NCBI RefSeq assembly: GCF_036365525.1
Contig: NW_027140453.1
Span: 1,116,001 to 1,180,000 of the forward strand
DNA length: 64,000 nucleotides
Direction of reading: 5' to 3'
Source of the DNA: Heterodontus francisci
Lineage: Eukaryota
Shown: positions 39,281 through 50,889 of the stretch, one piece after another
Layout of the letters: each line of letters starts with the position of its first letter
Numbering within the stretch: position 1 is the stretch's first letter
Position numbers and translations under genes: made by a program
Notes under the pieces: generated by a model
Seen by the model: only the letters and a program-made list of their open reading frames with translations
Told to the model about the DNA's origin: nothing
Databases searched by the model: none

Positions 39281-41329
39281 GTGGGGTTGCATTTTGCACT
39301 GATCTTACACTGTTAATCCACTTCCGTTTCCAAAGTACACGTGGTTATAATTTCCCGTATTCACGCCACCACATTGCTCACGTAAAAGGCCTTTAAACCA
39401 TTACTCTGTCAGTAATGAGCCGCCTCTGAGACAGAACCCTCTCTGACCCTCATTGCCCGAGTCCCAGTCCAGAGCTGCAAGCCGATCATCCAGGGCAACA
39501 CTACCACCAGGACTGAGAGAAAAGGAGACTTAGAACAGGAGTGTGTAGGAAAACGAGGGAGTGGTAGTTGATTGAACACAAACGAAGGATGGCAAGGAGA
39601 GAGGGGGCAAGCAGAGACAATCAACAGGGAAAGGGAAGAGGGCAAGTAGAGAGAGAGATAAGGATAAGAAATAATGAGGATGAGGAACTTAGTGGCAGAA
39701 ACTGTGAACGAAAGAGAAATAAAGTGAGTTCACACAAGATGACACCAAGGATGAGAGACTTCAGTTAATGTGGAGAGACTGGAGGAGCTGGGATTGTTCT
39801 CCTGAAGAGAAAGTTCAGGGGAGAATTAGCAGAGACGTTTGCAATCGGTCATGGTTTTGACAGAGGAAATGATGCAAAACTGTTTCCCGTGACACAAAGC
39901 AGTGAGCTGTTGTGATGTGGAATGCACTACCTGAAAGGGCGGTGGGATTCACTCATAGTATTACAAAGAGAATTGGGTCAACAGCTGAAGGGAGGAATTA
40001 CAGGTCTATGGCGATAGGGTGGGAGGGAACTGGGATCAATCAGACAGCTGTAGAAAAGAGCCAACCCGGGCACCATGGTCAATGGTCCAGAACTGTATTG
40101 CTCTCTCTGACTGAATCTCTCTCTCTCTCTCTCTCTACCTGAATCTCTCTCTCCTTTTCTCTCTCAATCTCTATAAATCTCTCCCTCGCTGATTCTCTCC
40201 CTCTCTCCCTGAATCTCTCCCTCTCTCTCTGAATCGGTCCCACTCTCTCTCTCTGAATATCTCCCTCTCTCTCTCTTGGGTTCTCTCCCTCTCTCCCTGA
40301 ATCTCTCCCTCTCTCTCTGAATTGCTCTCTCTCTGACTGAATCTCTCGCCCTCTCTCTGCCTGAACTTCTCTCTCCTTTAGTCTCTCAATCTCTGTAAAT
40401 CTCTCTCTCTCTTGGGTTCTCTCCCTCTCTCCCTGAATCTCTCCCGCTCTCTCTGAATTGCTCTCTCTCTCTCTCTAAATCCCTCTCTCTCTCTCTCTGA
40501 AACCCCCCCTCTGAATCGCTCCCACTCTCTCTCTTTCTGCCTCTCTCTCTCTGAATTGCTCTCTCTCTCTCTCTCTCTAAATCTCTCTCTCTCTCTGAAA
40601 CACCCCCCACCCTCTGAATCGCTCCCACTCTTTCTCTCTGCCTCTCTCTCTCTGAATTGCTCTCTCTCTCTCAGTCTCTCTGTCTCTCTCTGAAACACAC
40701 CCCTTCCCTCTGAATCGCTCCCACACCCTCTCTCTCTCTCTGCCTCTCTCTCTCTCTGAATATCTCCCCCTCTCTCGAAATCAATCTCTCTCTCTTTCTG
40801 AAAAAAATTCTCTCTCTCTGCCTCTCATTCTCTCTCGGAGTGTTTCTCTCTCAATGTGTGATTCCATCTCTGTGTTTATCTCACTGGCTTTCTGTCTGCC
40901 TCTCTACTGCCTGTAGTCTCTCTCTCTCTCTGTTTCTGTTTATTTTTTCTCTCCATTTCTTTCTCTCTCTCTCTCTCTCTTCCCTCTCTCTTTCTCTCTG
41001 TTTCTTTCCATCTATCTCTGTATCATCACTCTCTCTGTGTTTCTTTCCCTCTCTCTCTGTTTCTTTCCCTCTCTTTCTACATCTGTCTCTCTCTCTGGTT
41101 CCATTTTTTTCTCGCCATTTTTTCTATCTCACATTTTTCTCTGCTTATTTCCCTTTCTGTTTATTTCCCCCTCTCTGCACCAAAGAGACACAATGATCAA
41201 ATGGCCTCTTCCAACACAATAATAAGATTCCATCTGGTCAGACACGGTAAACTCAGAGATATTATTGTGTGTACCGGCTCCTTTTGCCCCCAACTCAACC
41301 TCCAGCACCTGGACTCGAGCATTACTTAC

Positions 41330-41378
41330 CCAGTACGGTGAGTCGGGTCCTACCTCCGAAGGTAGCTGGATCGTTCAC
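41330..41378 (-). CDS. J segment of inverted cassette, VNDPATFGGRTRLTVL (non-canonical FGGR)
   Basis: Heptamer ctctgtg (+ strand cacagag 41379-41385); nonamer agttttcaa at 13-bp spacing; g|gtaagt donor. Confidence 0.85.
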
Positions 41379-41646
41379 CACAGAGAGTGAACCCCCCATT
41401 GAAAACTCCTACCCCAGCAAGCCTCTCGCCTTGCCTGGGCAGTTTGCTATCTCTTCAGGGGGCATGTGCCCCATGAGATGGTCAACTCAAGATTCTGTCT
41501 GCTCCTGCCTTTCCTGACAGTGGAGGCGCCTTGCTGCAGGGGTGGGGAGATCCTGGGCACTGGGGCAGGCAGTCGGGTAGCCTGTGAGAAGGGCAAGCGG
41601 ACGGTGGAGTTCTTGCATGGGCTGAGCACAGGAATGTCACACGGTG

Positions 41647-41660
41647 CTATACTGACCTCC
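41647..41660 (-). other. D segment of inverted cassette (ggaggtcagtatag)
   Basis: 5' RSS ggttttatt-14-catcgtg; 3' RSS caccgtg-23-gcaagaact; about 270 bp upstream of the J. Confidence 0.8.
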
Positions 41661-44437
41661 CACGATGTAGCAAAGCAGTTCAATAAAACCTCTCTCACCC
41701 ACCCCCCCCCCCACATCTCTCTCTCTCTCCCTCTCATTTTTCAGTCCCTTTATCTATCACTTTAAATTTCCCTTTTAATCACGTGTCCTTCCCTTTTATT
41801 AGCTATTATCCCATTGGAACTCTCCTGCTTCCATAAATACTTTCTCACCTCCATATTTTAATCTTGTTCTCCATGTGTAAGTCTCTCGACAAGTCTTTCT
41901 TTCTCTGTGTCTCTATTCCTGTCTCTGTCTGTCTCTCTCTCTCTATCTCTCCCCGTCCNNNNNNNNNNNNNNNNNNNNNNNNNNNNNNNNNNNNNNNNNN
42001 NNNNNNNNNNNNNNNNNNNNNNNNNNNNNNNNNNNNNNNNNNNNNNNNNNNNNNNNNNNNNNNNNNNNNNNNNNNNNNNNNNNNNNNNNNNNNNNNNNNN
42101 NNNNNNNNNNNNNNNNNNNNNNNNNNNNNNNNNNNNNNCTTTCTGTCCCAGTCTCGCTGTCTGTCTCCCTCTCTCTCTATGTCTCTCTATCTTTTTGTCT
42201 TGCTCTCTGTTTTGCTTCATCCTTTTATTCTTTTTCTCCCTTTCTCTCTCTATCTTTGCCTGTCCCTGATGTTCTTCCTTTTCTCTCTCTGCCTCACATC
42301 TCTCATTGCCTCTCGCTCTCTGCCGCTCTTTGTCTCTGTCTCTCCCAGTCTCTCCATCTCTGTCTCGCTATTTCAGTCTCTCTCTTTCTGTGTCTACAAC
42401 TATCACACTGTATCTCTGTCTATCTGTCTCTCTCTGTCTCTCTGTCTGCCTCTCTCTCTCTCTCTCTCTCTCTTTGTCTGCCTTTCAGTATCTCACTGCC
42501 TCTGCCTGCCCCTCTTTCTGTCTCTCTCTTTCTCTCAGTCTCTCCATCTGTCGCACTACCTCATTCTGCTTCTCTTTCTCTGCTGAACAGTATCTCACTC
42601 TATCTCTGTCTACTGTCTCTCCCAGTCTCTGTCTCTCTCTGTTTATGTCTGTCTCTGTCTGTCTCTCTCTCACTATNNNNNNNNNNNNNNNNNNNNNNNN
42701 NNNNNNNNNNNNNNNNNNNNNNNNNNNNNNNNNNNNNNNNNNNNNNNNNNNNNNNNNNNNNNNNNNNNNNNNNNNNNNNNNNNNNNNNNNNNNNNNNNNN
42801 NNNNNNNNNNNNNNNNNNNNNNNNNNNNNNCTCTGACTCTCTTTGCCTCTTTGTCTTGTTCTCTGTTTTCCTTCCTCCCTTTACTCTTTCTCTCCCTTTC
42901 TGTCTCTCTGCCTTTGCCTGTCACTGATGGCCTTCGTTCTTCTCTCTCTGCCTCTCATACTCTCTCTGTCTCTCTGTCTGCCTCTCTCTCTATCTCTCTC
43001 TCTCTGTCCCTGTCTCTCTCTCTCTGACTGTCTTTGCCTCTTTGACTTGTTCTCTGTTTACCTTCCTCCCTTTACTCTTTCTCTCCCTTTCTGTCTCTTT
43101 ATCTTTGTCTGCCACTGACGGCCTTCGTTCTTCTCTCTCTGCCTCTCAGACTCTCACTGTCTCTGTCTGCCCCTCGCTCAGGCTCTTGCTTTCTCTCTGT
43201 CACTCCATGTGTCTCTCTTTGTCGGCCTAACACTATTTCNNNNNNNNNNNNNNNNNNNNNNNNNNNNNNNNNNNNNNNNNNNNNNNNNNNNNNNNNNNNN
43301 NNNNNNNNNNNNNNNNNNNNNNNNNNNNNNNNNNNNNNNNNNNNNNNNNNNNNNNNNNNNNNNNNNNNNNNNNNNNNNNNNNNNNNNNNNNNNNNNNNNN
43401 NNNNNNNNNNNNNNNNNNNCTTTGTCTTGTTCTCTGTTTCCCTTTACTCTTTCTCTCCCTTTCTCTCTATCTCTCTATCTTTGCCTGTCTCTGACGTTCT
43501 TCCTTCTTCTCTCTGCCTCTCACTCTCTCACTGTCTCTGTCTGCCTCTCTCTCTGTCTGTCTCTTTCGCTCTGTCTCTCCATCTGTCTCACTCCCTCTCT
43601 CTGTCTCTCTTTCTCGGCCTAACGGTATTTCACTCGATCTCTGTCTGCTATCGCTCTCTCTCTCCCTCCCTCCCTCCCTCTGTTCCTCTGTCTGCCACTC
43701 TCTCTCTGTCTCTCCTTGTCTCTCTCTCTCTGACTCTCTCTGCCTCTTTGTCTTGTTCTCTGTTTCCCTTCATCCCTTTACTCTTTCTCTCCCTTTCTCT
43801 CTCTCTTTATCTTTTCTTGTCTCTAACGTTCTTCTTTCTTCTCTCTGCCTCTTAGACTGTCACTGTCTCTGTCTGCCCCTCTCTCCAACTCTNNNNNNNN
43901 NNNNNNNNNNNNNNNNNNNNNNNNNNNNNNNNNNNNNNNNNNNNNNNNNNNNNNNNNNNNNNNNNNNNNNNNNNNNNNNNNNNNNNNNNNNNNNNNNNNN
44001 NNNNNNNNNNNNNNNNNNNNNNNNNNNNNNNNNNNNNNNCCACTCTCTCACTCTCAGTCTGCCTCTATCTCTTTCTCTCTGTCTCTTTCTCTCTGTCTCG
44101 CTCTCCCTCTGTCCCTCTCTCTCTCTCTCTGTCTGCCTCTCACTCTTTGCCACTTTCTCTCTCTGCCCCATCTCTCTTTCTGACTCTCTGACTTGTTCTG
44201 TTTTCCTCGTTCTCTTTACTCTTTCTCTCCCTTTCTCTCTCTCTATCTTTGCCTGTCTCTGGCGTTCTTCCTTCTCCTCTCTGCCTCTCACTCTCTCACT
44301 GTCTCTGTCTGCCTCTCTGTCTGTTTCTTTCTTTCTCTCTGGCTCTCCATCTGTCTCACTACCTCAACTGTCTCTGTTTCTGTGCCTAACACTATCTGAC
44401 TCTATCTCTGTCTACTGTCTCTCTCTCTATCTATCTG

Positions 44438-44472
<35 letters not shown>

Positions 44473-45925
44473 CTCTCTCTCTCTCTCTCTTCCTCCCTCT
44501 GTCTCTCTCGCTGCTCCCTCTCTCTTTCTGTCTACCTCTGTCTCTCTGTGCGTCGCTCTCTCTCTCTCTCTCTTTCTTTCTCTCTCTCTCCATCGTTGTC
44601 TCTCTCTGCCTCTTTGTCTTGTTCTCGGTTTCCCTTCCTCACTTTACACTTTCTCTCCTTTCTCTCTCTCTATCTTTGCCTGTCTCTGACGTTCTCACTT
44701 CTCTCTGCCTCTCATTCTCTCACTGTCTCTGTCTGCCTCTCTCTCTCTCTGTATCTCTCTATGTCTCTGTCTCTCCATCTGACTCACTACCACATCTGTC
44801 TGTCTTTCTGTGCCTAACACTATTTCACTCGGCCTCTGTCTACTGTCTCTCTCTGTCTATCTGTCTCTCGCTCCGTCTCTCCCTCCCTCTGTTTCTCTGT
44901 TTGTCTCTCTCTCTGTTAGTCTCTCTCTCTCTTCCTTTCTCTCTCGCTCTGTCCCTGTCTCTCTCTCTCTGCCTCTTTGGCTTGTTCTCTGTTTTCCTTC
45001 CTCCCTTTACTCTTTCTATCCTTTTCCTCCTATTTCTTTGCCTGTCTCTAATGTTCTTTTTTCTCGCTCTGGCTGCCAGTCTCTCACTGTCTCTGATTGC
45101 CTCTCGCTCTTTCTCTCTATCACTCTATCTGTCTCACTACCTCACTCTGTCTCTCTTTCTGTGCGTCAACTATCTCACTCTATCTCTGTCTACTTTCTCT
45201 CTCTGCNNNNNNNNNNNNNNNNNNNNNNNNNNNNNNNNNNNNNNNNNNNNNNNNNNNNNNNNNNNNNNNNNNNNNNNNNNNNNNNNNNNNNNNNNNNNNN
45301 NNNNNNNNNNNNNNNNNNNNNNNNNNNNNNNNNNNNNNNNNNTCTCTCTCCCTCACTCTGTCTATCTTTTCCAAACGCTATATTACTCGATCTCCATCTA
45401 TCTGTCTCTCTCTCTCTGTCTCTGTGGGTATTTGTCTCCGTGTTTCTCTCTCCATGTATCTCTTTCTCTGCCTTTCTCTCTCTCTCTGTCTGTCTCTGTC
45501 TGTCTCTCTCTCTCAGTCTCTCGCAGTCCCTCGATCTCTGTCTCTCTGCCTCACTCTGTCTCTCTTTTTCAAATACTATATTACTCGATTTCCGTCTATC
45601 TGACTCTCTCTCTCCATCTTTGTGGGTTTCTGTCTCTGTGTTCCTCTCTCTATGTGTCTCTTTCTCTGCCTTTCTCTCTCTCTCTGCCTCTCTATCTCTC
45701 CCTATCCCCCTCTATCTCTCTGTCTGTCCCTCCCCTCCCCACCCGATCACAGACTGCCTTTTTTGCATTCCTTCACTCTCAAACATTCATTTAAGTTGCT
45801 CAAAACCTATTGCGCTTCTCATGTTTGCCGGTTCTGATGTGAAGCGGTAACTCTGTTTTATCTCTGCAGATCCTGCCTGATGCACTGAGGGTTTCTGACG
45901 TTTAATGTTCTTGTTGCTGAAATCC

Positions 45926-46323
45926 CATCTACAGCTACCCCCTGTTGGTGGGCAATGAGAGCTGCACCTCCATCTACTGCTGCCCCCTGTTGGTGGGCAA
46001 TGAGAGCTGCACCTCCATCTACTGCTGCCCCCTGTTGGTGGGCAATGAGAGCTGCACCTCCATCAACTGCTGCACCCTGTTGGTGGGCACTGAGAGCTGC
46101 AACTCCATCTACTGCTGCTCCCTGTTGGTGGGCACTGAGAGCTGCAACTCCATCTACTGCTGCTCCCTGTTGGTGGGCAATGAGAGCTGCAACTCCATCT
46201 GCTGCTACCCCCTGTTGGTGGGCAATGAGAGATACACCTCCATCTACTGCTGCCCTCTGTTGGTGGGCAATGAGAGCTGCACCTCCATCTACTGCTCCCC
46301 CTGAAAGTGGGAAATGAGCACTG
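45926..46323 (-). repeat. 45-bp minisatellite, ~9 copies, each with a CTCF-like motif
   Basis: Unit (- strand) atggaggtgcagctctcattgcccaccaacagggggcagcagtag. Confidence 0.9.
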
Positions 46324-46381
46324 CGGAAAGATAAATGTTGATTGTCAACACAAACAGTTACGTGAGGAAAAGATCCCTTAC

Positions 46382-46418
46382 ATTGAAATAACGCTATCAG
46401 ATTCAGTAACAGATACAT
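46382..46418 (-). pseudogene. Orphan Vβ leader exon MYLLLNLIALFQ (no V exon follows)
   Basis: 37-nt ATG-to-|gtaagg exon homologous to leaders at 48148, 49999 and 58813. Confidence 0.75.
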
Positions 46419-47944
46419 CTTCCACTGGAAGCTGTGTTTGTAATCTGTAAATCAGCGAAACAAGAGCTTTGAGTCTTGTGAGCAGCTACATGAAGACTGA
46501 AGTCAGTGATTTAGGTTTGCACAACTTCTCCCTCCCTGCTTGGAAGTCACGCCCCTGTCTCTATGTTTGGCTGCAAGTATAAGTTGTTGTTGCGTTTGTT
46601 GCTCTTCGTCTTCTGCTGAAGTTGTTGCTGCATTTGTTGGTGTTTTTCCTGAAGTAGTTGTTGTATTCGTTGGATTTAATCTTTCTCTTTCCCTCTGTCT
46701 CTCTGTCTGTCTGTCTCTCTCTCATGTCCCTTTAAGATCTTAGGATGCTAATGAGCTAAATTCCAGCACGTGTTCACGTGACTCTGTGCCAGAGTCACTC
46801 TGTAACTGTAGCACCTACAGGCAGGTCCTGTAAAAAGTTAGCTCAGTACTGTGTATGATAGTTCAGCTGTAAATAAACTTGTTTATGATCTTCATCCAAC
46901 TGGACTCCACGCATCTCATATATGTTGCATCAAACAACATTATGAACTCACAACACTAACAGCTAATATGAAGGTGCAGAAAGCAATTCGGAAGGCGAAT
47001 GGTATGCTGGCCTTCATTGCCATGGGATTTCGTACAGGGGTAAAAATGTCTTGTTGCAATTGTATAGAACCTTGATGGGACAGCACCTCTAGTATTGTGT
47101 ACAGTTTTGTTCTCCTTATCGAAGGAAGGACATACTTGCCATGGAGAGAATGCAGCAGAGATTCACCAAAATAATCCCTGGCATGGCGGGTTTGTCTTAG
47201 GAGGAGCGATTACAGAAACTGGGTCTGTATTCTCTGGAGTTCCAAAGAATAAGAGGTGATCGCATTGAAACTTACAAAATTCTGACAAGACGTGACACGA
47301 CGAATGTGGATAGCGTGTTCAGTCTGGAATCAGGATACACTGTCTCCGAATAAGGTGCAGGCCATTTAAGACTGAGATGAGGAGGAATTTCTTTAACTGA
47401 GAGAGTTGTGAATCTTTGGAATTCTCTACCCAAGAGGGCTTTGGAAGCTGACTACATTGAGCATGTTCGAGACAGAAAGCGATTGATTTCTAGATACTAA
47501 TGACATCAAGGGAGATGGGGATGGGGGGGGGGGGAAATGGCTCAGAGGTAGATGATCAGCCATGAGTCGGTTCGATGTGCCAAATGACCTACTCCTTCTC
47601 CTACCCCCTATGTTCCTATGTTGTGTCCTGAATAAGCAGGGAGCAGGCTGTTGTGTGTTTGACGGTCCTAGAGCGCTCTCTGCTGTTCCTGTGGAGAATG
47701 AAGATAGTGTCAGGAGATGAAACCTAAATGTTTTTAGTGATCATTCCTTCCTGATATTTACATCTTCTCAATTTGGGTCACATCCCCGTTAATCATTCAT
47801 AGACAGACAGAAGGTTTTAGGAAACATAAGCAGGCTATTAGTGACATCTTTGCCAGTGCCTCTATATTTATTCTCTCACTTTTATTCTCACGGGTCCCTT
47901 CTTATTGTCACAAACTCCATCGCCCTGCACAAAAATCAAGTCGC

Positions 47945-48184
47945 TGTACAGCGCAACTTTATCTCCCACAGGTAGTGGCGGGACTTTGGAGGATAGTTTG
48001 TGAGTTCACATCTGGGAAAGAGAAAAGGACACCAGCACACTCTGGGTTGTCGAGAAAGAAGAATGGAAGGGAGGACTGAAGGAGCGAAGGAAATTATAAA
48101 GTACAGAAAGATTTTTAAGTCGCATTATTTTTGATAAAGTTCCTTACAGTGGGAGATGGTCATCAGACCCAGTAACAGATACAT
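47945..48184 (-). pseudogene. TRBV: Truncated Vβ pseudogene (leader 48148-48184; V exon start 48011, VNSQTILQSPA...)
   Basis: Leader MYLLLGLMTISH; acceptor ttcccag; FR1 only, with deletion/frameshift; upstream promoter similar to the intact paralogues. Confidence 0.8.
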
Positions 48185-48419
48185 CTTTAACTGGACCTTT
48201 CCCTGTTCATCAAGTCATCTTTCCAAACCATTGAGGAAAGCAAAGTCGTGAGGGACGTTTGGTCACGCCCCCTTCTCTCATTCAACCAATCGGAATTAGC
48301 ATGGTTGTCAATTCGCAATTGCTCTTTTTGTATTTGCCAATCAGAAACGCGGATCTCCACATCTGGATTTCCCAATTGGATACAAGTGCCTGAGCGAAAC
48401 TGTCACATGTGGATGGCTC

Positions 48420-48760
48420 TTCAGATGTAACAGGCTCGATGGGGCTGAATGGCCTCACCCATTTCCTATTTAACAGATTCGAGGGGCTGAATGGGCCTCC
48501 TCCTGTACCTGTGCAGACTGAGAGGGGAACTGAATCGGCCTCCTCTTGCTCCTGTGCAACAGGCTCAATGGGGCTGAATGGCTTACTCCTGTTCATACTA
48601 ATAGGCTCAAGGGGGACGAAGTACCCTTCTCCAATTCCTACTAACAAGCTCTACATTGATCAATAGCCTCCTCCTGTCTGTGCGCAATGAGGCAGGGGAG
48701 TAATTGGCCTCCTCATGTTCCTTTGTAAGAGGCTCTAAAAGACTGAGAGACCTCCTCCTG
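48420..48760. repeat. Tandem degenerate copies of a CR1-tail-like unit (acaggctcgaggggctgaatggcctcctcctgt)
   Basis: Direct inspection; similar units at ~18260-18460 and ~49160-49230. Confidence 0.7.
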
Positions 48761-49580
48761 AATTCTTCATAAACAGTTTTCCAGGCAGTTGTGTGTTACT
48801 GGTCCTATAGGGCCCTCTTCTTGGAGAAATTCGCTGTGATGCATTTTGGCTGAAGGGATAGGCAAAGGCAATATAGACTAAAAGGCAGATTTTGAAAGAG
48901 TTTGCAAGGAACCGTGGACCTGAGGCTGCATATGCATCGATCTTTGAAGGCGGCAGCGCATGTTGAGAGAGTGGTTAGTAAAGCAGATGGGATCCTGATC
49001 TTCATAAATGGAGGTATTGAGTACAAAAGCAGTGAACCTTTATAAAGCTCTGGTTCGGCTCCAGCTGGAGTATTGCGTCCAGTTCTGGCCACCACATTTA
49101 AGGGAGAATGTGAGGCTCCTTATTAGGGTGCAGAGCAGATATACGAGATTTGCAGAATGATCTCCTCCTGTTTCTATGTAAGGGGACAAAGGGGCTGAAT
49201 GGCCTACTCCTCTTCCTTTGTTCCTAACAAAGAGAGTTGTGTGTTTGATCATCTGAGTGAAAGAAGACATCGTGTTAGTGGATAAAACCCCAATCGTTTT
49301 TCTGATATTCTCTCCTGATAGTTAAAACCTCTCACTGTGGTGCCACCCTTCTTAATCTTTCATAGAAAGATAGAAAACTTATCAGCACAGAAAGAGGCCA
49401 GACTCTTCACCTCTGCACCTGTGCTCTCAATTTTATTCTCACCCGTCTATTCTTACTGTCAAAAATATGATGGCCCTGCATCAATTCAAGTGGAAATACC
49501 GCGCTATTGTATGTCCAACAGGTGTTTCCTGCTGCCTTTGGGGTTTTTGTTGACCTGCTCCAGCTCTCTGAGTCACTGTG

Positions 49581-50035
49581 AAGACTCCAGGCACAGAAAT
49601 ACACGGCCGAGTGATTCTCCCGCAGGCTGGTGGACTCCAGGTTGAACTGGGTGCTAGTTGGTCTCTCGGCAGTGAAACCGTCCACCGCCTTCTCTGGACT
49701 TTTGTGATTAGTACCCGTGGAGTAAAACATAACCTGAGGCTCCTTCCCCGGGTATTGTCTGTACCAGATCAAGGGAAGAGTACTGCTCCCCTCCACAGTG
49801 CACTTCAGTTCCACTTCCTCCCCCACAACTCTGGAGACAGCGGCAGGAGTCTGGAGGATAGTCTGCGAGTTCACACCTGGGAGAGTGTGGGGAAGAGGAA
49901 GAGTTCAGTAAACAGGGGATTTCTAGGAAATTAAAAGGAAGGGGGAATGAGTATAGGAAGGTTATGAGAGAAAATGTTGGTATTTCAGACTCACTCACAG
50001 TGAAAAAGGATTATCAGAGCCAATGACTGATACAT
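49581..50035 (-). CDS. TRBV: Vβ gene, TRBV30-like (leader 49999-50035, V exon 49581-49876)
   Basis: SQTILQTPA..CTVEGSS..WYRQ..YFCAWSL; consensus 23-RSS cacagtg-23-acaaaaacc (49542-49580). Confidence 0.96.
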
Positions 50036-50099
50036 CTTCCCCTTGAAGCTGTTCTCGAAGTAAGCAAAGCAGCGAGAACCAGAGTGTAAGCCTTGTGAG

Positions 50100-50400
50100 G
50101 GTCCAAACCTGCTCTTTACAAATCATTGAGGAAAATATGAAGAGCATGAGGAAGTGATGCAGTGTTGGACACGCCCCCTTCCACCACCCAACCAATCAGA
50201 ATGGACGTGGTTGCTTCTGATGGTTGAGTGACTGGAGTAAGTGTTGTTAACATCCCCAACAAGGGTGTCTGTTACTCAATTTTTAATTTACTGATTAGAA
50301 TTCTCCAATTGAACATATCCAGATTCCCAACGAGCCTTATCGGCATTCCCACATTAGCCACATGTAGATTTCCAATTTATAGACATCTGGATTCCAGATT
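50100..50400 (-). promoter_or_regulatory. Vβ promoter module (paralogous copies ~58920-59210 and ~48220-48410)
   Basis: Shared non-coding block upstream of the leaders with GAGGAAGTG (ETS), CACGCCCCC (Sp/KLF), CCAAT and GTGGTT (RUNX). Confidence 0.55.
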
Positions 50401-50889
50401 ATCCACACCTTCATCCCCGAATAGCCAGAGGTCGATGCCGTGTGTCTCCTGGCAAACGTTGTAAGCAACACTGGCCTGAGGCAAGTAGGTGCAACACCAT
50501 CTGTGTGGCACTGGGCTCCTTACCTATTCTGCAGCAGGGCTATGCACATTACTGGGCCATTGGCAAGTTTAAGTTGCACTGGGTGTGCCGGTGCCTGAAC
50601 CCGTGTAAACTGGGCATCAGCCTAGGCCTCTGGCTTATTATCGCAGTGACATTGCAACTAAGCCATTGTTACCCTTGGACCAGGGACGGTTCAAGAGACA
50701 TTTACCAGAATGGTGCCATGGTTGAGAGACGGTTGTTATATGGAGAGACTGGAGAAGCTGGGACAGTTTTCCTGGATCAGAGCAAGCTAATGGGATGTTT
50801 TAACCCTGGAGGTACAGCCGTTCGATAGAGTAGTTAGGGAGAAATGATATCCCCTGGCAGGAGCTTCAGAAGGTAGAAACTTCACATAT

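Larger units (their letters stand above)
40100..45750. repeat. CT-rich low-complexity DNA with N gaps flanking the D-J island
   Basis: Direct inspection. Confidence 0.95.
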
